DNA of 61,793 nt, counting the filler. It is 7 parts of 7 records of this genome, joined end to end, with 100 filler letters (N's around TTAATTAATTAA, not from the genome) between each part and the next. Parts side by side here need not be neighbours in the genome. Positions count along the whole stretch, not along the records: positions 37,520 to 45,555 come from SRR31156797_7021; positions 45,656 to 55,550 come from SRR31156797_7027; 5 more parts are not named here. The stretch is one strand, 5' to 3'. The translations under genes were made by a program, and so were the position numbers. Positions 40,144 through 48,939 of the stretch are shown in pieces (the first letter of the stretch is position 1; every line of letters starts with the position of its first letter). A model generated the notes under the pieces. That model ran no database searches, was not told the origin of the DNA, and was given only the letters and a program-made list of their open reading frames with translations.

Positions 40144-42897
40144 ATGAAAACATTTTACCTCTTTATCATTTTAGGTTTCCTTAGTTCACTCAACGCCATA
40201 TCTCAGCAATTTCAGCCGTTTAAATCCAACAATGCACAGCAATCCATTGGAGAAATGCAGAGGGATTTTGATGCATATTCCAGAAATCAGGATCCATTAT
40301 CCATAAAGGGCAACAAGCCGTTTCACCGCTGGATGTGGCTCAGCCAGATGCGTTACACCGAAAACCCAAGGCAAACAGAATGGGAATATTTTCAGGCTGC
40401 TCAGCAAATTAATGCCCAAAAAGCTCCTACAAAAAGTTTTTCCTTCAATTCCTGGGTGCCGGCCGGGCCCATGGACCTTGTTCCTTCCATGTCTTCCGAA
40501 CCAATTCATGACCTGGGAAGGCTGAATTGTATAGCATTTCATCCAACTGACGTAAACACGTGGTGGGTGGGAGCACCGCAGGGTGGGGTCTGGAAAACCA
40601 CAGATGGTGGCGAAAACTGGATGCCCCTGGGTGATAACCTGCCTGTGATGCGGATCAGCCACATTGAGGTAAACCAATCCAATCCGGACGAAATGTATAT
40701 CTGCCTGGGAGATTATGGATACCTGGCATTTTTTACCTATTATGTGGCACGATCAACCCATTACGGCCTTGGTATTTATAAAACAACTGATGGCGGGCAA
40801 ACATGGAATCCCACCGGACTCACCTACAATTTGGAAGAGGGCATCGAAACTTTGATGCGAAGGGTATACATCAACCCACAAAATCCCAGTGAGCTTGTGG
40901 CAGCAGGCGTTTCAGGGATATATAAATCCTATGATGCCGGCGATACCTGGGAGACTGTGGAAAATATATTTGTTTGGGATTTTGAAATGGACCCATCTGA
41001 CAGCCAAACGATTTATGCTACATCGTGGGAGTTTATGAATGGTGAAACAGGAATTTTGAAATCCACCGATTTTGGAGAAACCTGGCAAATGCTGAATTCC
41101 GGAATACCGGGAACAAATTCTGTATTGAGAATCGAAGTTGCTGTTGCACCTTCAGATCCGAATTATGTGTATGCCGCCTGTGGCGGCCTGGATGATGCCT
41201 TTTATGCTTTTTACCGTTCGACAGATGCCGGAGAAACGTGGACGCAAACTGCCGACAGCAGCCAGGTTAATATTTTTGGGCAACACAATGGTGACCCCAG
41301 CAACAAGCTGGCCCAATCAAGCTACGACCTTTGGGTGCTGGTAGATGAAGACAACCCTGAATTGGTCTACACCGGTGCCATGAACATTTGGGGATCGGCA
41401 GATGGTGGTGAAAACTGGGATATTTGTTCTTATGGATTTGATTATTTTGGAGAAAGTATTCATTTCGATCATCATGATGTGCGCAAAAATCCTTTGGATA
41501 ACAAACTCTATTTCTGTTGCGATGGCGGACTTTTTAGGACTGAAGAGCTGGTAATGGGCAACATTCAGCAATTTGACTCATGCTGGTCGGGGAACTATTT
41601 GTATCCGGAATGTTATCAATTTGAAACGCAGTGGGAAAACCTGAGTGCCGGTTTGGTAATTACGGAGTTTTACCGTTTGGGATTAAGCAGGAACAACCCG
41701 GGCTATGTGATTGCCGGAAGCCAGGACAACTGTGTGTTTTACAAAAATGATAGCGACGACTGGGTTAATCTCACGCAGGGTGACGGTATGGAGTGTATGC
41801 TACACCCGGATGACCCCCTAATTTTGTATGCCTCCAATCAGTTTGGTGTGATGTACCGATCAGAAAATGGTGGGCAAAATATGTCCACCACCCCAATTAC
41901 CTACCCGATTCTTGTTGCCGAAGGTGCCGGCGTTTGGGTAACACCTTTCCAGATGGTGCAGGAAACTCCTGAAACTTTGTTTACCGGTTTTCGAAATGTT
42001 TGGCGTTCGGTGAATAGCGGAACAAATTGGGTTAAAATTTCAGACTTCAATAATATGCCCGGTCAAACGCAACCCAAACCTGTCTGGGATATTGGTCTTT
42101 GCCCAAGTGATCCGGATGTTATGTATGTCAGCAAACAACCGTGGCCGGCCGCATCAATCGGCTTTCCGGGGGAACTCTGGAAAACTACTGATGGTGGCAA
42201 CAACTGGCAATACCTGAGCACCAGTATGTTTTCAAACCTGAACAATTATATCAATGATATTGCGGTTTCTGCTAATCCTGATCAGGTGTATATTGTAGCT
42301 ACCGGGTTTCAGGCGGGCCACAAGGTTTTTAAAAGTTTGGATGGTGGCGAAAGCTGGGAAAATATTTCAGGCAGTATCCCAAACGTAGCAGTAACAAGCA
42401 TCGTCCATCAGGAGGAAACATCATTAAACGATCTGTATGTTGGAACGGATATCGGTGTATTTTATCGCAATGATAATATGAACGACTGGGAACTTTTCAG
42501 TGATAATTTACCCAATGTTATCGTGAATGAACTTGAGATCGATCACACCGACAGCAAGCTGTATGCAGCAACTTATGGCCGTGGAATTTGGTTTGCCGAC
42601 CTGATGAACCCGGTTACCGGGATCAACGAAAGTGCCTGGATGGAACATCTGGATGTAACACTTTCACCCAACCCATGCAACGATTATTTCAGAATGAGCA
42701 TTAACTCAGCTATTGCCGGCAAAATTCAGGTTGAGGTTATTGATATTTTGGGAAATATTCAGCAAACCAGAATGATTGAGCACGGATTTACTTCTAAGGA
42801 TTTCATCATGGAAACCACAAACCTTCCATCTGGACTATACTTTGTAAGGCTGTCGTCAGGCAATCAGTCTAAGGTGTGCCGCCTCGTAAAAAAATAG
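40144..42897 (+). CDS. BNR/Asp-box (VPS10-like) beta-propeller protein with T9SS C-terminal domain
   Basis: Many [KR][ST]xDGGxxW repeats; LYAATYGRGIW; LSPNP...LPSGLYFV...RLVKK. Confidence 0.88.
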   Translation: MKTFYLFIILGFLSSLNAISQQFQPFKSNNAQQSIGEMQRDFDAYSRNQDPLSIKGNKPFHRWMWLSQMRYTENPRQTEWEYFQAAQQINAQKAPTKSFSFNSWVPAGPMDLVPSMSSEPIHDLGRLNCIAFHPTDVNTWWVGAPQGGVWKTTDGGENWMPLGDNLPVMRISHIEVNQSNPDEMYICLGDYGYLAFFTYYVARSTHYGLGIYKTTDGGQTWNPTGLTYNLEEGIETLMRRVYINPQNPSELVAAGVSGIYKSYDAGDTWETVENIFVWDFEMDPSDSQTIYATSWEFMNGETGILKSTDFGETWQMLNSGIPGTNSVLRIEVAVAPSDPNYVYAACGGLDDAFYAFYRSTDAGETWTQTADSSQVNIFGQHNGDPSNKLAQSSYDLWVLVDEDNPELVYTGAMNIWGSADGGENWDICSYGFDYFGESIHFDHHDVRKNPLDNKLYFCCDGGLFRTEELVMGNIQQFDSCWSGNYLYPECYQFETQWENLSAGLVITEFYRLGLSRNNPGYVIAGSQDNCVFYKNDSDDWVNLTQGDGMECMLHPDDPLILYASNQFGVMYRSENGGQNMSTTPITYPILVAEGAGVWVTPFQMVQETPETLFTGFRNVWRSVNSGTNWVKISDFNNMPGQTQPKPVWDIGLCPSDPDVMYVSKQPWPAASIGFPGELWKTTDGGNNWQYLSTSMFSNLNNYINDIAVSANPDQVYIVATGFQAGHKVFKSLDGGESWENISGSIPNVAVTSIVHQEETSLNDLYVGTDIGVFYRNDNMNDWELFSDNLPNVIVNELEIDHTDSKLYAATYGRGIWFADLMNPVTGINESAWMEHLDVTLSPNPCNDYFRMSINSAIAGKIQVEVIDILGNIQQTRMIEHGFTSKDFIMETTNLPSGLYFVRLSSGNQSKVCRLVKK

Positions 42898-42906
42898 CAA
42901 AAAGAA

Positions 42907-42933
42907 AGCCCGCTGTTGCTTAAGCAGCGGGCT
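42907..42933. terminator. Hairpin terminator between convergent genes
   Basis: AGCCCGCTG-TTGCTTAAG-CAGCGGGCT preceded by an A-rich tract. Confidence 0.7.
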
Positions 42934-42963
42934 AAATGGAGGTTTTATGAAAACATAAAAATT

Positions 42964-43488
42964 TTACAAGTTCGCTTCAGCAATTAACTGTTTTACCCAT
43001 TTTTCGATACGTTGATCCGTTAATTCATACTGATGGTCATGGTCCAACGCAAGGCCCAAAAATTTATTATCCTCTACAGAGTCGCTGCCGGTAAACTCAT
43101 AGCCATCCGTTGGCCATCGCCCCACGAGTTTAGCTTTGTTCTTATCAAATTCATCCTTGATGATTTTCATGCCATCAACAAAATGATCAGGATACAAAAT
43201 TTGATCGCCCAGGCCAAAAATAGCTACAGGCTTATTTTTCATGGTAGCCACATCAAATTTGTTAAAAAAATCGAACCAAAGGTTGTTTTTACTTGCTTTT
43301 TCCCAATGGTCAGCACCAACGGTTGACCCGCCAATAATGATCAGGTCATAATCAGCCAGGTTGTACTGATCCACTTTTTTGATGGTATCCATATCAATGC
43401 TGCCATCCGGAAACCGGCTTTTAATTTTCTTCGCGCAGATATCAACATTTCCTTTTACCGGCCAGTAAAACAGTGCGGTTTTTTTCAT
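42964..43488 (-). CDS. fldA: Long-chain flavodoxin
   Basis: VAIFGLGDQILYPDHFVDGM, VGRWPTDGYEF, FLGLALD...LTDQRIEKWV. Confidence 0.9.
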   Translation of the reverse strand: MKKTALFYWPVKGNVDICAKKIKSRFPDGSIDMDTIKKVDQYNLADYDLIIIGGSTVGADHWEKASKNNLWFDFFNKFDVATMKNKPVAIFGLGDQILYPDHFVDGMKIIKDEFDKNKAKLVGRWPTDGYEFTGSDSVEDNKFLGLALDHDHQYELTDQRIEKWVKQLIAEANL

Positions 43489-43596
43489 ATGCTCAAGCTT
43501 TTAAAATGGTTTCTGGTTCATGTATTGAAGTTGCAAAATTAAGATTATTCATTGTCGGAAATCTGTAATACCCACATTTTTAACACTTTTTTCTCG

Positions 43597-44604
43597 TTAC
43601 TTATGCTCACGCAAAAAAATGCCTGAGGTATGCTCAATTGCCTTATCCACTCCAATGAACCCGTAGTTAAGCGTCTCTCTGATTTTCGAATTGTCGTAAT
43701 AAAATTGGTGAAACGCTGACCGGGCAATTTCTTTGGTGAGGGTTGGGGTCCGGCCAAATATTCGGAGGAAATGTTCACCAATCCATCCCACCTCACCCAT
43801 CCAGGGGTATAGTTTAATGCGTGGTGGTTTTTTCCCCAACTCTTTTGCAATGGATTTGATGATATCCTCAAACGACCAGTTTTCGGCAGAAACAATGTAA
43901 CGCTGTCCTGTAATTTCTGAATCCATGAGCTTTACCATCACGCCGGCAACATCCCGCACATCCACATATCCTCCTATGCCGTTGGTATAGGCCGGAACTC
44001 CATTCCAGATGGTGGAAAACAACCGGGTACTACCGCTCTTCCAATCGCCGGGCCCAATGATAATGGAAGGATTGATCACAACCGCATTAAGGCCTTCTTC
44101 ATGGCCTCGCCAAACTTCGCGTTCAGCAGCGTATTTGCTCACTGCATAAATGGAGTTTTGCCGTGAGGTTTTCCAGAAATGATTTTCGGTGATGGTTTCG
44201 CCCTGCTGGGTTTTGCCAAGCGCTGATACCGAGCTTACGTGGCAGAGTTTCTTCACCCCGGCTTCCAGGGCAGCATTCACGAGATTGGCGGTTCCGTTCT
44301 GATTTACCCGCAGCAGTGAATGACTGTCGCGCTTGTCGAATGATACTTTTCCAGCACAGTGATAAACCTTATCCACACCATCGAGTGCTGATTCAAGCGA
44401 AAAGATATTCATCATATCGCCCTTTACCCAGGTAATGTTATTCAAGAGTGGTTCAGGGTCTTTCTCGTACCAGGAAAACACCTTTTTGATTTTTTGGATG
44501 CTTGCATCAGCACGCACCAGTACCTTTGACTTATTACCTGACTTTGTAAGTTTAAGCAACAAATGCGATCCAACCAATCCCGATCCACCGGTAACCAATA
44601 TCAT
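43597..44604 (-). CDS. NAD-dependent epimerase/dehydratase (extended SDR)
   Basis: ILVTGGSGLVG, HVSSVSA, YAVSK (YxxxK), VDVRDVA. Confidence 0.92.
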   Translation of the reverse strand: MILVTGGSGLVGSHLLLKLTKSGNKSKVLVRADASIQKIKKVFSWYEKDPEPLLNNITWVKGDMMNIFSLESALDGVDKVYHCAGKVSFDKRDSHSLLRVNQNGTANLVNAALEAGVKKLCHVSSVSALGKTQQGETITENHFWKTSRQNSIYAVSKYAAEREVWRGHEEGLNAVVINPSIIIGPGDWKSGSTRLFSTIWNGVPAYTNGIGGYVDVRDVAGVMVKLMDSEITGQRYIVSAENWSFEDIIKSIAKELGKKPPRIKLYPWMGEVGWIGEHFLRIFGRTPTLTKEIARSAFHQFYYDNSKIRETLNYGFIGVDKAIEHTSGIFLREHK

Positions 44605-44922
44605 TTTACAAAAGTAGTTGTTTAAGGATTATGTAAAAACGAATGTGAAAGTAATAGCAGGGTTTCTTAGCTCATGCACAGTCATTGATGGCCACTTATT
44701 GTTGTTGAACATCCTTCTAATCTTGGTGAAGTACAAGTCAGGTAAAAATAAAAATTAGCCATTCTCCGATTTCATCTCTTGGTTCGAAGGTTTTGCTGCT
44801 GGGTGAGGGAGCGTTATGTCGTACATTACTCGTTCTTCACTTTCCACGTTTCCAATATGGGTTGCTTGATGTACTTCATCTATCTGGATTCAGTTTTACA
44901 GAGGATGAAATATTTCGTTATT

Positions 44923-44960
44923 GTACTTTTGTCTTGACACAAAAGTACCAAAAAGTCAAG
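44923..44960 (+). repeat. Hairpin with loop complementary to downstream sequence (possible pseudoknot; likely end of a dispersed repeat)
   Basis: GTACTTTTGT-CTTGAC-ACAAAAGTAC-CAAAAA-GTCAAG. Confidence 0.55.
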
Positions 44961-45368
44961 GCTGTATAAAGATTTCTTGTTTTCTACAGTTCGGACTCCA
45001 GGCGCGATACAAGCCGCGCCATCGCTCAAATCCTACGCCTGCTTCTGTATCGCTAATTCCATGAAATACGGGGTCATTCTTTTGGGAATCCTCTCTTTGA
45101 AAACTTACGAAATCTTTATGAGGCCGGTCCCGGATAAAGAGAGGGTTGCCGTCCTGCTTGCGGCAGCTAAAGAAAAATCTCAGTATGACGATGGCGGGGA
45201 TCATGGCATGGTAGCTTGTGTTTTGTTTTTAAGGCAAACTTAAAAAAGATTTATTCTTTTACAATCCCGCGCTACCCCTCGGTCCCCTAAAAGGTAAGAC
45301 CACCACATGTATTTTCTCGCCTTGCGGGTTGGCCACTCCCCCTTGAGAGGTCTGGGGGGTGCGATGGC

Positions 45369-45554
45369 CTACTCTTTTATTACTTTCTTCACTTCCAACA
45401 ATTTACCTTCTATCGAAATATAGAAAAAGTACACCCCCGCCGGGTAGCTGCTCATGTTGATTGGGTTACTGGTGTTGTTGAGCAATTTTGTTGCCAACTC
45501 GCTACCGGTAGTGGATTTGATGCTGAGCCGGGCACCGGCCTTTCCTGCCGGGAT
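45369..45554 (-). CDS. T9SS C-terminal sorting domain, end of a truncated gene (not in ORF track)
   Basis: Hand translation: ...LSIKSTTGSEL...INMSSYPAGVYFFYISIEGKLLEVKKVIKE*. Confidence 0.8.
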   Translation of the reverse strand: MPAGKAGARLSIKSTTGSELATKLLNNTSNPINMSSYPAGVYFFYISIEGKLLEVKKVIKE

Positions 45555-45655
45555 TNNNNNNNNNNNNNNNNNNNNNNNNNNNNNNNNNNNNNNNNNNNNT
45601 TAATTAATTAANNNNNNNNNNNNNNNNNNNNNNNNNNNNNNNNNNNNNNNNNNNN

Positions 45656-45673
45656 CCGGCCGACCTCGACCAG
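45656..45673 (-). promoter_or_regulatory. Putative bacterial SECIS hairpin
   Basis: mRNA CUGGUCG-AGGU-CGGCCGG begins 15 nt after the UGA; 7-bp stem with two G-U pairs and a GGU-containing loop. Confidence 0.7.
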
Positions 45674-45868
45674 TTTCGGTGAGATAATTCACATGGCACA
45701 GTCATTTGTGGGAAAGGTCTTATCCAATTGGGACATCATGCCGCCAATGGAGCTGGTTCTTTCCACAAGGTAGACGTAATATCCGGAATTGGCCATGTCC
45801 AGCGCAGCCTGCATGCCGGTAATGCCACCGCCCACAACCAGGACGGAACCGAGTTTTTCTGTCGACAT
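45656..45868 (-). CDS. hdrA: Heterodisulfide reductase HdrA-like flavoprotein N-terminus with in-frame TGA (predicted selenocysteine); 3' truncated; not in ORF track
   Basis: [59 protein letters not shown](TGA)[14 protein letters not shown] at 45689-45691. Confidence 0.92.
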
Positions 45869-45871
45869 AAA

Positions 45872-46747
45872 CTACTCCTGCGTTATAAAAGAGGTGACAT
45901 TCCCTATGGCCACCCGGTTTTTTTCAAGACCCAATTTCTTCTCGTCCACACCCATGCAAAATCCCAGCAGCTGGGCATAGAGTATGGAGGGGAGGGCGCC
46001 GCCGGTCGCACCATTGCCTGCCATCATGTTCTGAACCTGGTCAAACTGAAGCTGGCAGTAGGGGCAGGCGGTGCACAGGAAATCGGCCCCCGACTCACGG
46101 CCACTGTCCAGTTTCTTCCGGGTCAGATCCATGGAAATTTGGTCATTTACGCCCATTAAAGGTGCACCGCAACAATTGAGCTTTTCGCTCCAGTCCACGC
46201 TTTTTGCACCCGTCGCTTTTACCAGTTCGTCAAAGAGGGTCGGTGCCACCGGATCATCGAACTGGGTTACCTTACTGGGACGTAAGGCATGACACCCATA
46301 ATGGGTCGCGATTTTGAGATCTTTCATTTTTCTGGAGATCTTCTTTTTGAGATCAACAATTCCCACATCGTGGTACAAAACCGAAAGCATATGCTTGACC
46401 TCTACCCGGCCCTGATACGATAGATCTCTCGGTTTTAACAGATCGTTGATTTCCCGGCGCAGGGTCTCTTGCCGGCCAAGGATGTATTGGGCCTCTTTCA
46501 GGGTGCCGTAACAGCATTTGCACAGGGCCATAATGTTGACACCGTCACGTTCAGCCAGGGCGAGGTTACCGGCCGCGGAGAGAAGATAGGCCTTCCGGTC
46601 AACGTTTCTCAGCGGGTAGCCGCAACAGGTGAAATCGCGGTAATCGATTAACCCCACACCCAGACGGGACATGACCGCACGGGAGGCGGTTTCATATTGT
46701 TCAAGTCGGGCAGGAATATTGCAGCCCAGAAAAAAAGCGTATTTCAT
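45872..46747 (-). CDS. hdrB: HdrB-like protein (two CCG domains)
   Basis: FFLGCNIP, TCCG, LCKCC, HYGCH, NCCG, ACPYCQLQFD. Confidence 0.92.
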   Translation of the reverse strand: MKYAFFLGCNIPARLEQYETASRAVMSRLGVGLIDYRDFTCCGYPLRNVDRKAYLLSAAGNLALAERDGVNIMALCKCCYGTLKEAQYILGRQETLRREINDLLKPRDLSYQGRVEVKHMLSVLYHDVGIVDLKKKISRKMKDLKIATHYGCHALRPSKVTQFDDPVAPTLFDELVKATGAKSVDWSEKLNCCGAPLMGVNDQISMDLTRKKLDSGRESGADFLCTACPYCQLQFDQVQNMMAGNGATGGALPSILYAQLLGFCMGVDEKKLGLEKNRVAIGNVTSFITQE

Positions 46748-46799
46748 TGGTTCCCCTCAATAATGTCTCGCTTTTCGAAAAGCGCAGTGCGCAAAGGTC

Positions 46800-48554
46800 T
46801 TATGCGGCGACCCCCTGTCGGGGATCCTTGATGGCGATATTCTTCAGCTGGTAAAGGATATCCGTTACCTCCACCAGCTGTGGGCAGTGCTCCTGGCACT
46901 GGTAACATGTCACACAATCCCAGATCATGTTGGCGCCACAGGCCATATCCGTGAGGCCAAGGCCTAAGCTGCACATGATCTGGTGGGGCAGCAGACCCAG
47001 TGTTTCTTCAGGTTTTTCAGAGACAGCCACCACCGGACAAACGGTGGTGCAGTTCTGGCAACTGAAACAGGCTCTAAAGGTTTCAGCGTCGTAAGGGAGC
47101 ACGGCCCGGGATTTGGTATCGCCGTTAAAGCTCAGTGAATCGGTCTCCGCGGCAACGGGCCACCCCTTTAGAACCTCATGCCTGGCCATTTCAAGGGGCT
47201 TTGCATAATCATCCGGCGTCAAATTGGGTTGATTCAACCCGCGCACAAAAGAAAACCCGGACAGCATGAGGGTTTCACCTTTGGTGCCGCTCCCAATGAG
47301 GCCTTCCCTCACATTGAGCCACAGATCTCTTAAATTGATGCCCGAAGGGCACACCACGGTGCATCGATCACAATTGGTGCAGATATAGACGCCTTCCTGG
47401 AGGGCTTGACGTTCCGACGGGGAAAGGGATTTCTTTGCTGCCAGTTTTCTAATGGATTGCAACTTTTCCGACGGCAGGATGCAGTCGTTTCCAGTGGCAT
47501 CAAATGCGGGGGATGACGAACACCTGAGACTGCAGGTGCCGCAATGGGTACAGGCATCCAGTTCCAGCATTTGGCGGGTCAGGATATTGGCGGGGTGAGA
47601 ACGCTTTTTATCCATGACCGCATTGGCCATGAGGCTCAAAGGCGTTGTGATAATATGGAACATTTTGCTGAAGGGGAGGTAGGCCAACCCGATGAAGCAG
47701 GCCAGGATATGGATGACCCAGAGGAAATAGGTGGCTTCGGTATCATCAAGATACCGGGCCATGGGCCGCATCCCCTTTGAAAGGTTCACGCTGATAAACG
47801 CCCATGCCGGAACCGCATGGCAACTCTGGCAGCTCATTTCATGGAGTTCCCGCCCCTGGGTCAGCAGCTCCATTTCAAAAGGGCCTGCCACTTTAGGCGA
47901 GACCACCCCGAATTCTTCAACCCAGAAGGCTTCAAGTGCCCTCAACTCTTCTTCATCGTCCGTATCCGCATACTCTTCCACCATGCGCTGAAACTCGTTG
48001 TGGCTGATGATCTTGGCCCCTTCCAGAAAAAACCCGGTGACCATGATGACGGCTACAATCCAGACGGCATAGACGTCCATGGCGTTGGTGCGCAACCGCG
48101 GAACTTTTAGAACGCGCCGACGGTAAATGGCAATGGCCACACCTGCAAAAACCATTAAACCGAAGAGATTCCTCAAGAAAAGATAGGGATGGGCCGTGGA
48201 CGCATACTCCTCGAAAAGAAAATGGCCGGTTCCATCACCGTCAGCAAAAGCATGAATAAACAGCAGCGCCATAAACCCCACAAAGATCAGCATATGCATG
48301 ACCCAGCGCAGGGCGTCTTCCTTGAGGATTCGCCGCTGGAGGATGACATCCAGAATCAGGACCTTTATGAGATCCACAATCCGGGCGCTGAAAATGACGC
48401 CCAGTGTCCCTTTTAGGACTTGGGAAATTCGTTGTCCCGTCGAATAGGGAAGCTCCGGTCCGGTAATCTGTCCCGAAACCCAGGTGTAAAATTTGTAGCC
48501 GAATCCGACAATAAAAATTAACAAAGACCCGTACAGCAGCAGATCAAAAAACAT
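46800..48554 (-). CDS. NarI/HdrE-like cytochrome b plus CxxCH loop plus two HdrC-like 2x[4Fe-4S] domains
   Basis: Transmembrane helices with His pairs (WVMHMLIF...FIHAF; VIHILAC...SKMFHII); CQSCH; CTHCGTCSLRC, CTNCDRCTVVCP, CFSCQNCTTVCP, CVTCYQCQEHCP. Confidence 0.88.
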   Translation of the reverse strand: MFFDLLLYGSLLIFIVGFGYKFYTWVSGQITGPELPYSTGQRISQVLKGTLGVIFSARIVDLIKVLILDVILQRRILKEDALRWVMHMLIFVGFMALLFIHAFADGDGTGHFLFEEYASTAHPYLFLRNLFGLMVFAGVAIAIYRRRVLKVPRLRTNAMDVYAVWIVAVIMVTGFFLEGAKIISHNEFQRMVEEYADTDDEEELRALEAFWVEEFGVVSPKVAGPFEMELLTQGRELHEMSCQSCHAVPAWAFISVNLSKGMRPMARYLDDTEATYFLWVIHILACFIGLAYLPFSKMFHIITTPLSLMANAVMDKKRSHPANILTRQMLELDACTHCGTCSLRCSSSPAFDATGNDCILPSEKLQSIRKLAAKKSLSPSERQALQEGVYICTNCDRCTVVCPSGINLRDLWLNVREGLIGSGTKGETLMLSGFSFVRGLNQPNLTPDDYAKPLEMARHEVLKGWPVAAETDSLSFNGDTKSRAVLPYDAETFRACFSCQNCTTVCPVVAVSEKPEETLGLLPHQIMCSLGLGLTDMACGANMIWDCVTCYQCQEHCPQLVEVTDILYQLKNIAIKDPRQGVAA

Positions 48555-48939
48555 GAACCTATTCCTCACTTACTCCACACAAATAAAAGCGGCAAATCCG
48601 AATACCTCTTCGGTCGGCCTTGTCAGTGTGCCAAAAGAGCCTGACGCGATTTCCCAAAAAACCTTACCACGTAAAGGCTCGATCTATATAGGCGCCGGGG
48701 TTTTGTCAAGAGAAATTTTTCACGAAACCGCATCAGAATGACGCTCCTGCGGTACTTAAGCCCATTTTAACCCGGTCCTCCTAAAGTGAAAACCGGAAGA
48801 ACATTTTGTACTTATATGGCTTGATGGGAACAATTGCCAAGGGCAAACATGGGAGTTGAAAAAAAGATCGTCAATTGGTAAAAAGATCCACATCATCAAA
48901 AGTGAATTGACAAAACCTTTATTTTAAGGAGTTTCCGGT

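Noticed and set aside
44956-45243. ORFs 44956-45204 (-) and 44977-45243 (+)
   Set aside because: They overlap a structured repeat-like region and lack protein-like features.
48553-48741. 62-aa ORF as a YcaO precursor peptide
   Set aside because: Overlaps the start of the divergent Hdr gene, has no RBS and no leader/core pattern.
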